Part shown: piece after piece, positions 38,183 through 50,700 of the stretch | Numbering within the stretch: the first letter of the stretch is position 1 | Layout: every line of letters starts with the position of its first letter | DNA from: Ophelia neglecta | Lineage: Eukaryota | Direction: 5' to 3' | Assembly: GCA_965285935.1 (NCBI GenBank) | Contig: OZ260667.1 | Coordinates: 22,630,001-22,694,000, forward strand | Length of the DNA stretch: 64,000 nt | Program-made: the position numbers and the translations under genes | Notes under the pieces: model-generated | The model's input: the letters and a program-made list of their open reading frames with translations, nothing else | Told to the model about the DNA's origin: nothing | The model's database searches: none

Positions 38183-41100
38183 ATAAATAAATGACAATGT
38201 TCTTTAAGGCCACACCGCTCTGTGAGTAAAACTGGATAGCTTGTCATTCTCACCGTCTTTTTCCTATCAATTCCCAGATCTTGCATAGATCGTGCTAAAT
38301 TAAAGTCGATCTTCAGGCTAAATGTCTCTTGGGTTGCTGGGCCAAGTAAATCAATGTGAGAGTGGTGCACTCTTTATAACGCAATGTATTGTTGGCCTTA
38401 TCGAGTTTGTCATTAGACAGGCATGGGAATTAGTGGCATAGAACCATCCTTCGTGTCCCATTAAGGCCTGGTTAGGGCAATATGGCTTAGATGAATATAC
38501 CGCCAGGAATAACTAACACCATCTAGCAGTATAGGAACAGGAAAACGATCCATCTCGGCCCTAAGGTTAGTGTGAGGTTAACCGTGTCAGGGCTTATCGC
38601 TGGCTTTTAGGAAGGAGCACCATATGGACAGAGCCTACTCAGACATTTAACAAACGGGTCTGCCGTTTCAAAGGAAAGCCTTTCATGACCTTTGAGCAAG
38701 CGGCCACATTTGTATGAATAACCACCCACATTTTGCCATCAATGAATCTTTTCTTTTGACGAATCTCTCTCGTGGGTATCACCGTCTCCACCGGACGTTT
38801 CGATCGGATATCCACGTGTTCACCAATTGACTTGCCATGCCATCATATGGAAACTAAGTGAGGCAGATAGCGTATCTTTCTCATTCTGGAATTGGCAACA
38901 GAAGGGATTTATTACGCATTTCATAGTAGTTAAGTTTATTTGAGAAAGATTCATTGCTTGTTTCCTTTGTTATGGATAACCGGTGAATTGCGAGAGCGCC
39001 TGTGGGGATTGACTGGAGTAAGTACACCTTCTCTAGACAGACTCTAGAGGATGTGAGACGGGTGTCTCCTACCAGAGAGGGGGCGGCGCGTCTCCATGAG
39101 GACTTAGCTATCACACTCCCCTCTATGAGAACCCCCCCCCCCTAAACCCAAAGGCACTCAACATGATAGCGAACCTCCATTTCCATCTCCATCAGCGTTG
39201 GGTTTATATGAATGGTTATGAGTGAAACTGATCATTAATCAGTAGTATCATGACCTTAACCAAGAAAAACAAGAGGAAATTGCTGCCCAGTTTGCACGCT
39301 CTTCATACTTTTCATTTTTATCGGGCAGATTTTTTTCTGCCTTTGTGAGTTGAATAATTATGTTCCTCTATTGTCCGTCTTGGCACATGTAATGAATCAT
39401 ATGGAAGTGCTTAGCTAAAGAAATTCTGCAAAATAAACGACTTACTCCTTGATATAAAATATCAATACCTTCAATATATTTGGGTTTTATTCGAAAAGTG
39501 ATGAGGTATGTTCCTGCCTGGTCGTTCATTATCTATCTCCATAAGACACTTGCTCGGCAGTTTTAACATTGGGGTAAATAAGACGCCTATTAGTAAGGAT
39601 TGCCATCATAATTGTTAGCCAGCGATATTGTCTGGTAACTGGGGATTAATGGTGCTCCCAGCTTAGCCTGTAAAACCTTGGAGGAGATTGAAATCGAGGA
39701 CGTACGTACCGGATCTTTGTGTCCCTTTATCACGACTATGATGAACCTATAACTTAACTTTCCTCATTGTGTATTCGCCCTGGGAAACTTGTCATGCATA
39801 AAGTATTGAAAGCAGCCTGAAGACCAATAACCAAATTAGAACTATCTCATAATATATCTTTCGGCATTCCTCAATAGCTAGCTCAATATGTTACAGTGAC
39901 GCATCCGGCCCATGGTCTCCAAGCAATGTCGAGGGATGTGATTTGAATGCAGAAATGTTGGGTAGACAAATTGACTGCGTTGTCGTCGGTAGCGGTTATA
40001 AAGATGGGATTGCACCAGTTTGGCTTCCGAGAAGGCGGTCGCTTCTCTCATTCAATGAAGTGTAATTAAATGTAGGCAGATGTAGTGTCAGGCGTCTGGT
40101 AGTGTGACGAATTTTAATATGCCATCATGTCACTCCTGACAGTAGCAACGACAAACCGAGCATTGTTCAGACTTTCTATAAAAAATATTATCCATGTGCC
40201 TTCAATATAGATTGGTTTATGTTATCTTGATTTATGCCTTGAGGTACAAAAACGACTTTTATTCTCACTGACCAGAATTATGCCACAAGAGGATGTGATA
40301 CTCGCAGGTTATCATGACAGTTTTTAGGCAGGGAGCGGTCATGAATTTGACTTGTGTGGCTTGAGATTAAACCCAGATTCTATGATGGTATTGCTTTCAT
40401 GGTCACATGTGTTCCTGCTCATCCTATAAAACTCTCCTATTTATAAACCGGACGTGGAAAATCAATCGAAGGAAACTAAGTCGTCAAACCCTAACGGTCA
40501 AGGTCAATGATTACTTTAACGTCAGGTTGCCATCGGAGATTGTATCGCAGTGTATCCTGGGAAATAGATATGGTCGTTTGTGATTATTCAGTCCAGTTAA
40601 TTGCCCACTTTCATCGTTCCGTGTAGAATCTTAAATGCCACGGAGAACGATCTCTCCTCTAACGGCGCCCACATATATTAAGACGTGGATGTCGTTTGAC
40701 CTTATAAGGCAACATCCTTGCTTATTCTTGGTAGGTAGGAGGAAAACCTCCAGGGTATACGTATACCATGAGTTCTACATTCTGTGCAGTTTTTAAAGGA
40801 CGCTTTCCCTGCGCTTGCCACATCATTTACAATGATTCACCAATTTACAATGATCATGGTTATTTACTGCTGATGATCTTGCTCTTTTGGTTAGTTTGAT
40901 CAAATTGCCTGGCTGTGGCTAGCTTTTTTACGGGTCTTTATCCAAAGCTACGGCCCGCGTTGAGATTAGCAGTGTCATCGCCGTCCTAACCACCCAAATT
41001 ACACCGTCTGGTGTGTGTATTGATTGTGCATTAGTCCATTGACATTAATGGCACACCGGGGCCGCCAGTACAACCCAAAAGTTTTATGCCTTTCTCTGTA

Positions 41101-44100
41101 ATTTTGTCCACAACCCATATTACAACTCTATGAACTGGTTATGCAGTACAAAACTATGGGCCTAGCCCTTCCTATACTGTCCGGCTATAAAGATTTAAAT
41201 GAAATAAAAATCACACTCTAAGTTAAGTTTTCATATACATGTAGAATAATTCTCGTCTTCGTAAAAGGTTTTTTGATGTTAATTTTGTAATCATGCTTAA
41301 TAAAAGCTTGTTATAAAAGCAGAGATATTAAATGGCGGCGCCGTGTTTATATTCTACAATTCAAACTTTTATTGTTGGACATAATACCCTCATTATAGGG
41401 CCTTGGTGGCGTGGCTGAGGGGCACATTGCAACAATTTATAAGTAATGGAGTTCAGACGTCAATGCAGAGAATTTACCTCCTGGTCGATGTTTGGCTCCG
41501 CTAGTTCCAAAGAATTGCCATAATTGTTCCTAGGTGATCTTTGTAACCAATGGCATTTTATTTGGTCGTTTTACTTTTATCACACAAACACCTGTATACA
41601 TATTTGGTTGGCATTTAGAGTGAGGTATTCATAGTGCATTATTGTTGGACTGCTTAATATCGCTCAGACAGAGACAAAATACAAAGCAGGAAAAAGTATG
41701 ACGACAAAGTCGCTCCTGGGACATTGACATATAGTTCATAATTATATGCTTGCCACTTTCACTTTCTGAAGAGACATGTGATTTATGTATGGCAAACTCG
41801 ATTATCTTACCAAAACAAGTGTCTGGACAAACCATGGTCATGGATGGAGAGGACTTCTTTAAAGCATAATGGAGGATATATTCCAAAGCAAACCAGCATC
41901 TTCCTTTTCTGACTGCTCTAGGTCCCTCGAAGAAGATTCACACTGGAAAGTCATAAACAAAAGCTGGTAACATCCGGAGCGCCAGCTTTGATACTCCGGG
42001 GACCATGAGCTACCTCGGGAGGCTAACTGGAATATAACCTCGGCATTCAGACTCCAGCAATGAGCAACGGGCCAGACTGAATGTATAATATTATGGTGAA
42101 TCACATCTTTAAAAGCGTTTAAGATGCTTCTTTCAATTTAATTACGCGACCCTAATAAAACTAACCATAATTTGTCTGACCAGTCATAAACTTGCGATCA
42201 TCCGGTAGGCGCTATATCCGGGAGGCGAGGGCAGTAGCTCTATTCAATTTTGAATTCAGACTATAATAGACATGCTCCAAGTCCCAAGTGTCAGCATCTG
42301 ACCTGGATCTCTCAAATTAATTGCTTCCTTTCACCAACTTGGCTATGTTGCTTGTTGTCGAGAAAGGGTACTATTGACTTGACAGACACCTGGAGGAACG
42401 GGTTATGTTGATTTTGCAAATTGACATAGACTGATATTTTTTCTGCATGTAATCATAGATATGATATCATATATCAGTGTATGTATTTGATAATGTTGAA
42501 TATTGACCCAGCAATCCGTCGATTGCCAGAAATTACGTCTTATTAATTTAGCTGGCAAAAAGGAGTGATGTTGCTCTTAGTGCTAGGGATATTAGTGATT
42601 TTAAGAGTAGGCCTGAGAGTGAACAAAACTTTGTATTATACATGCACATCATTAGTTGTTGCTCAAAATTGCCGGAAATGACATTTAATCCTTTAGTCTA
42701 ATCCTACTCGATCGAGAAACCGTCAATTAAGAGAATTTTTACTTGCCCGACTACCGTGCGAGCACTATTGGTAACGTGTGGCATTATGCATTTGGTTGCC
42801 TGTTATGCCTACGCTTCAAGGCATTAGGATTTTGAGGATTATCCACGCTTCCGGTTTCCGCCCAGGAACATTGTGCAACTTGAAACTGTACACGAGAGTT
42901 GCATATAATAAAATCAAATCAAATTGGTTCATTGTTATTACCTGGTATACAAGGTTTTAAGGTATTATTAGCATATATATATTTTCAAGTAATTACAAAT
43001 AGAATAAGACCAACATCATTCACAATACTAATTTTGATGATTTCATATTTCAAAATTACAAATGAATAACATAAAAATTGCAACCAGAAATCTTGTACAG
43101 AATGTTTAATAATTGAATGTTTTCATGAAACTCACTTCCAATGGATAACAAATTAATATAAATTACACTTACAGGTCTAGTACGGATGGTTCACCTTGTC
43201 ATATGAACTTTTGTACCACACTTCAAAAATACACATAGTACTTATATTATGATAATGTGATATTTAGACAATATAGGAAAAAGCAAGAGGACCGCCACGA
43301 CCATGTTCGTAATTATTGTAGGCTTACGGAATGCTATGCCTGCAGAATTGCTTCAGCTACAGGCCCTTGAGAAAATAACGTACGTTGACAGATATGCAGT
43401 CAACTACTCATGAATAACAAATACAAGTTTATACACACATGAGTAAACGTTTGTTTTATTTATTTATTTATCGTTCTTGGCAAAGTATCTTATGTGAAAT
43501 ATTCTCCAATTTTGGACCTTTAGTGGTATTTCGTCCTAAAAAATGCGCATTTTTCTCTGCCAGTATGTTTAGCTCTATGTCGCACCCATTTAGAAGGAAT
43601 AAAAATATCAGCGGCAAAACTTCTTATTTGCACAGTTGGAAAGACTGGAATAGATGTGAGACTCGGTGGCAGACGTTAAGTCCCAGATTATGACTTGATA
43701 TCGTGCAATCTGCGGCGAATGCTGCACAAAGCGCAACGCCGTGAGCATTCCATGGTTCAGTAGAGGGACCGCAATTAAATCTATACCACGGTGGACACTA
43801 TAATCATCTTTATTAAATTTCGCCACCCGGAGAGCATATTATACGAGTATATATGGTATGAACAGCTACAAATGATAAGGAAATTGTGAATTAAGGCAAA
43901 ACAATACACATGAAGAAGTAGGTGAATAATTATAGTATCAGTATTAATCTGGTTTGGATTAACATGAATGGCATTGCCATTGAGTCTTTATAAATTGATA
44001 AGATTATTATTAATAGTTGCATGATAACAGCAATACTAGTTTACGAACGTATTACTAGTATTATTATTGAAGATATATGCATAAATATAAACAAATTAAC

Positions 44101-46027
44101 CAAATGTATAAGTCTTCAGTCTGGTAAAATTTGTCGAAAGAAAGCTTGTAGTCGGTTGTTGTCCGTTTAATATTTTTGTCACTTTTAGACGAACAAGACG
44201 TTGGAGTTGCATTATTTACCCATGGGTCAACTTTTCTACTCCCCCTATAACATTGTGCCATATAACCGAACAAATAACAACCTTTCCTATATGCACAATG
44301 CCTAAAAGACATATAACACTTCGAATTCCTTCAGATGCGTCCATTTCCTTTCCAAAATTGGATGATTTTATCTCTCACGTTCGTAGGAGTTGATATACGC
44401 ATGGAACTGTAAATATATTCCGGAGAGTGAAGTTTTTAACCAGTGGGTTCTATATCTACTGCAGCTAAATAAGCAAAAAAGATCCTTTTTAAGCAGGATC
44501 GCATTTTTTAAGGATGTGCCATCTTGAAAATTTTGATTTTAGATTCGTGCGCGTGCAGTTTGTTTTTGCAAATGAGCAATCGCGAAACTCCCGACCATAA
44601 AATACATATGTCATACATAAGTCAATGTTGTGCTTTAGGCCCAAAGTGCACTGTTTTCTTCTTTCAATTTGTATCCGAGTGTACTGATGAGAACAAAATG
44701 AACATGACATTAAAGTCGCCTTGTTTTCTCTTAACAATCAAAATAATAGTGTTCACCTAATTCAGGTATCTTCATGTTGTATCTTTCATAATTTCCAGCC
44801 TTTATTATATTTTAGTTTTCTGGATTAGCCAATGCACTTAAATTCCAAATGAAAGTGGCAACATAAAATTTGATCCCTAATACTTTACTTTTTTATTAGG
44901 AAGTTCAAGCAGGCATGCCTTACTTTTCCTGATTGGCAGACTGATAATATACTGCACTCATTTCACTGCAATATTGTTACCGGGAACGAGTTAACTATAG
45001 AGAATAGAAGTATAACAACTGCTACTCAGGGAATACTTAAACTGTCCGGGTAATGGCTTTTGTCCTGAAGGGATCTAATAGGCATACTGTCTGCTGCAAT
45101 TATGTTCCCTGACAAGCTTCGTAGACGTAAGCGTATAAGCCTATAAACTTAAATCAGACAAAACGCTATCGTCTGTCGGATTTTTAGGGAAACTATTGTA
45201 TCCCAGTTAGTAGTTAACTGGTATTTCCTTACAAGGATAGAATGGTTACATCTGGTGCATGAAGAAATGTTATATGATTTTATAAACTTCATATCTTCTG
45301 AAGTTCCTTCAAAGATGTCCAGCAGTTTTTTTCCATCCTTTTGTGTTAGGTCTACAAATATGCTAAGGCTATAAGTTGTTTCCTATCCTCTGCTATGAGA
45401 TCTGTCATCTGTCAACGCTGCTGCACGCCTCTTGCGGGATGTGCTCGCCCATACATCTCTGATACTGGAAAATCTCGCCCATGGGACCGACCGCTCACCA
45501 GGTTTTGCCAAGGCGCCATTTGTCTTGCTGACTTAAGCCTCTATGCTCGGAGTACCAAATTGACAACACGTTTTGTATCTTGAAAGCTGACCCAAAGAAG
45601 GGATTGCTAAATGCCAGGACCCAGTCCTATAGGCATCCATCACCTGTATTTCTAAAGGGTTAATTGGGCTAGTGAAATTGTGCGCCACCACTGACCTGAA
45701 CATCCATATATCTCGCTACCAGACTTTCCAGCAACTAGTACATTCTTGAACTAGAACAATTCTCAAGCGAAAACATGCACTTATAGATCATCGCAGTAGT
45801 AGAGAAGGGATCGTAGACAATAAAAGCGTCAGCAATCTTAGACTGCATTGATTAATACAATATAATGATATTCACGTCAATAGCAACAGGACTATGATAG
45901 ACATAGTTCATAGGCCTAGACAGACTTCTTTGAAGGATCAAAAATTTGAGTCTAGGTCACAACGTACCTATTAGTTCACAAGGTGATTTATAACTTTAAA
46001 GGGCAGCAACAGATGCGGATTGTACAG

Positions 46028-47792
46028 GAACTCTTAAAGGTCCTCTGTGTATAACCTCTCGAGATTGACAAGGCCCTCAGTGTATGTCCTCTCATAACAA
46101 GGTCTTCTATCTAGGTACTCTCTTCACAGGGTCCACTGTCTAGGTTCTCTCTTGACAAGGTCCTCTGTCCAGGTCCTGGTCCTCTCTTGACAAGGTCCTC
46201 TGTCCAGGTCCTGGTCCTCTCTTGACAAGGTCCTCTGTCTAGGTCCTCTCTTGACAAGGTCCTCTGTCTAGGTTCTCTCTTGACAAGGTCCTCTGTCCAG
46301 GTCCTCTCTTGACAAGGTCCTCTGTCTAGGCTCTCTCTTGACAAGGTCCTCTGTCCAGGTCCTCTCTTGACAAGGTCCTCTGTCTAGGCTCTCTCTTGCC
46401 AGGGTTCTCTGTCCAGGTCCTCTCTTGACAAGGTCCTCTGTCTAGGCTCTCTCTTGCCAGGGTTCTCTGTCCAGGTCCTCTCTTGAAAAGGTACTAGGTG
46501 TAAATCCTCTCTTGACAAGGTCCTCTGTCTAGGTCCTCTCTTGACAAGGTCCTCTGTCTAGGTTCTCTCTTGACAAGGTCCTCTGTCTAGGTTCTCTCTT
46601 GACAAGGTCCTCTGTCCAGGTCCTCTCTTGACAAGGTCCTCTGTCTAGGCTCTCTCTTGCCAGGGTTCTCTGTCCAGGTCCTCTCTTGACAAGGTCCTCT
46701 GTCTAGGCTCTCTCTTGACAAGGTCCTCTGTCCAGGTCCTCTCTTGACAAGGTCCTCTGTCTAGGCTCTCTCTTGCCAGGGTTCTCTGTCCAGGTCCTCT
46801 CTTGACAAGGTCCTCTGTCTAGGCTCTCTCTTGCCAGGGTTCCCTGTCCAGGTCCTCTCTTGAAAAGGTACTAGGTGTAAATCCTCTCTTGACAAGGTCC
46901 TCTGTCTAGGTCCTCTCTTGACAAGGTCCTCTGTCTAGGTTCTCTCTTGACAAGGTCCTCTGTCTAGGTTCTCTCTTGACAAGGTCCTCTGTCCAGGTCC
47001 TCTCTTGACAAGGTCCTCTGTCTAGGCTCTCTCTTGCCAGGGTTCTCTGTCCAGGTCCTCTCTTGACAAGGTCCTCTGTCTAGGCTCTCTCTTGCCAGGG
47101 TTCTCTGTCCAGGTCCTCTCTTGACAAGGTCCTCTGTCTAGGCTCTCTCTTGACAAGGTCCTCTGTCCAGGTCCTCTCTTGACAAGGTCCTCTGTCTAGG
47201 CTCTCTCTTGACAAGGTCCTCTGTCCAGGTCCTCTCTTGAAAAGGTACTAGGTGTAAATCCTCTCTTGACAAGGTCCTCTGTCTAGGTTCTCTCTTGACA
47301 AGGTCCTCTGTCCAGGTCCTCTCTTGACAAGGTCCTCTGTCTAGGCTCTCTCTTGCCAGGGTTCTCTGTCCAGGTCCTCTCTTGACAAGGTCCTCTGTCT
47401 AGGCTCTCTCTTGACAAGGTCCTCTGTCCAGGTCCTCTCTTGACAAGGTCCTCTGTCTAGGCTCTCTCTTGACAAGGTCCTCTGTCCAGGTCCTCTCTTG
47501 AAAAGGTACTAGGTGTAAATCCTCTCTTGACAAGGTCCTCTGTCTAGGTTCTCTCTTGACAAGGTCCTCTGTCCAGGTCCTCTCTTGACAAGGTCCTCTG
47601 TCTAGGCTCTCTCTTGCCAGGGTTCTCTGTCCAGGTCCTCTCTTGACAAGGTCCTCTGTCTAGGCTCTCTCTTGCCAGGGTTCTCTGTCCAGGTCCTCTC
47701 TTGAAAAGGTACTAGGTGTAAATCCTCTCTTGACAAGATCCTCTGACTGGGTACTCCTTTGACAAGGTACTCTGTCTCGGTTTCCTCTCGAC
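46028..47792. repeat. 29-bp minisatellite (~60 units) with variant units and higher-order repeats
   Basis: Unit GACAAGGTCCTCTGTC(C/T)AGG(TC/CT/TT)CTCTCTT. The divergent unit GAAAAGGTACTAGGTGTAAATCCTCTCTT recurs at 46485, 46862, 47239, 47500 and 47703 (spacings 377, 377, 261, 203 = 13, 13, 9, 7 x 29). Units are degenerate at both edges. Confidence 0.98.
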
Positions 47793-50700
47793 TTCGGTCA
47801 AATCAGAACAGATATTAATGTTTTACGAAGCATTTTTAGCTACAAAATAACAAAAAATAGATATTTTACTTTCTTATTCTTATGGACCATACTTGACATT
47901 TTAGTTGTTGGGGACATCTGATAAAACAGCTCTCGGCAAAACCTTAACATAGCGCCAGTCTTACGCTTTTTCTCCGTCAATAACAACATGAAACTCATGA
48001 ATATGTTTCAGGAAACATTAAATCTGGGACATGGGACATTGTGCCATCTACATGTGCATGTAGAACAGGGACTAGCTTATACCATAAAAGTGGCTCTTTG
48101 CCCTCTAGTCTTTTTACTTAATATGTTTTTGCTTAATTTCACCAAGTTAATGTGCTGGACTTACGCGTTGGCTGCCAGATTGAAACGCGTTCAGGGAGTT
48201 ACTTTTATGCATTGAGCTGTGTTATGTTATTTATGGAGTTCACTATAGCGTGTGATGTTATCCCGTATCCTTTTTTGTTGTGACCTTGACTATGTTAAAA
48301 AATATGCTAGGGTACCTAGGTCGTACGCTGGTTGAATAACCTTGACTGTTTAGAACCGTGCATCTGTTTGGCTAGCTTGTTGGTACGCCGGCTTAATACT
48401 CCTGCCTATCCGCCAACGGCCGAGCGTCTCTCTACCTGTGATTGATAACATCACAGCTGTCAACGATGCCGGTGTCGTCTGCCCATATGTATCATTCTTG
48501 TCAGCGGAATCACCGCGGGCTGCTGTTGCCTGGTAACAGATCACGGCCACGCCTGGTTGACACTTTATGGTGCCTTTCTCTTTTCTGTTTTGTAAATAGT
48601 GATTCCGACGTTGTTGAGGCGATTCGATGTTTTTCTCAGACTGAAGAGGAGGCTTCTCATTGTGATATCCAACAATTAGCTATTGAACATTGAACACATC
48701 TTTCTTTCACGGACCACCATTAACATGGTTCAATTTCTTACTGAGGAAGTTCTCAACAATGCCTGTGCTTAAGGTCTGCATTATAACACGACTGTGACAT
48801 GGGTAAGATACATTTTAATGTATGGCTTATACTTATCTCTAGGAATGTCTTCGATATCCATAGAATAGCCGGACCTGTTGTACGATGACCTGGCAATATA
48901 GTGAGAAGGTGCGATTAAAAAACAGAAGGCATCACGGTAAAACTTGCTTGAATGTGCCTTTTGCCTTTTCCAATAGCAATGTGTTTCCAATTTAGAGCAG
49001 AAGATATATTAAAAGCAATACATATGCCATCAATCTCCGGTTCATCAGGAGGGATTCCAACTCATGAATATGCCAAAATAGTTTGCTTGTTCAGCAACAT
49101 TCCGATAGCAATGCCTCAATTAATGCCTCCGTTTCTCTCTTTCCTGTAGAGAGAGATCTGCAGGGTATGTAAGACAAATCCTGAATAACAATTCCTGCCC
49201 GCCACCCCCCCCCCCAGCCCCACCACATGCTTCATTGTAGGCCCAAGCTGGAATATTAGAATAGACACCCATTCGTGCTTGTTTCAAAATGCCAGTTCTA
49301 AACAGGGGAACGAGACCTCTTTTAAGTGTTCTTTCTACCCTTCGAGCTCTGGTGATCTTCAAGGATAGAGCAACCAATCAAAAACAAGGCCCTGCTCTCA
49401 CGGGAATTTCGCTTGTTTCTTTTTAAATCTTCTTCCCTCGTAAAAAAAATCTGTTTTTTTTTTAATTTGGTCACACATATATCCTGTTGTTAATTATCTT
49501 TTAGTTTTTGTGGGAAACTCTCATCGTTTGCAAAATATGTAACAAAATGTTGGTGCTGACAGCCAAAATAGAGTTCGCTACACTTTGCGCAGATTGGGTG
49601 AAAAGTCCCAAACAACGTTTGACCTTGCCTGGAGCAAAATGCATCATTCACACTAGTGGCATTTAAACCCCGGACAGCACTTAAATGTCAAAGCTACGCC
49701 TGACCAAAAACGGAAAATAAAACAATGCATTTAAAACGAACTCTATAAATAATTCAGTTTCTTTTCCTCCTTCCAAGAACTCGTTTCCGGTTTCAATACG
49801 AATAAAAGAAGCGTCAGACCATTAATAAATAGTCATACAAGTGGTCATTAGACGGGGCCAACAAACTGCTGGAAAAACAGTGTAAATATTGGAAAATGGC
49901 TTTTTTTGGAAGGAAGAAGAAATGGCCATAAAATGAACATCAATAAAAAATACACCACTCTAAGGCAGTCAGATCCGTTTCGCGTCAAGGATAGATATGA
50001 TTCACTAAGTTCTAACCGGTTGAGTGCAAGGAGTCGGAGCCAATAAAAAATTAAACAATTAAAAAACGCCATTTTTCCAGCGTTTTCTTTAATAGCTCGA
50101 GAACTGAGGCACCTATCAAAGAACGGGATTCATTGAGGAACTCGGGAAATCTTTCTGCTTCTGATGATATCTATGTCAATATATTAAGAGAAGTACTATT
50201 CCTATGAATGGCAATCATGGCAGATTCGAACTATGATCTATTGATGGCCATCCAATTCGAAAAACGACCATTTCCCATTTATTTTGTCCGATATGGCTTC
50301 GTAAGCCAATTATATCACCATTTCCATACATCAGATTAAATGACATTTCCTTAATTAACAACGATAACTTCAACTGTGGTAGTGCACTTCTAAGTAAGTC
50401 AGATTAACAACATATTATCTGTATGTGCCTGTCTGATCAGACGTCAATGTCGATGTTTCTGTATATGGGAAAAGGATTATGTTCTGTACTGCGCTGTACT
50501 CAGTGCCTTCTGTGATAATTCTAGAATTTTATGCCTCGAAAGAGGTACCTTAAAAATTTTCCTAGAAACTCAGTCCATGGAGTACTATGTAATATAAAAG
50601 CTATAGCTTAATTTTCTTTTATCGCCCTATGTTCTGTTACAGTAACAGCTGGTGGCCAATGTCAAATTTCGTCGTATAACCGAGAAGTTTGTGGCGGATT

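Noticed and set aside
37916-38370. Six ORFs spanning 37.9-38.4 kb
   Set aside because: They are open only because of the 158-N gap.
46111-46344. Repetitive 77-aa ORF, and the array as a possible CRISPR
   Set aside because: The ORF is a translation of the 29-bp minisatellite (unit not a multiple of 3; TAG stops in other units). Units are contiguous with no unique spacers, and there are no cas genes in this eukaryotic context.
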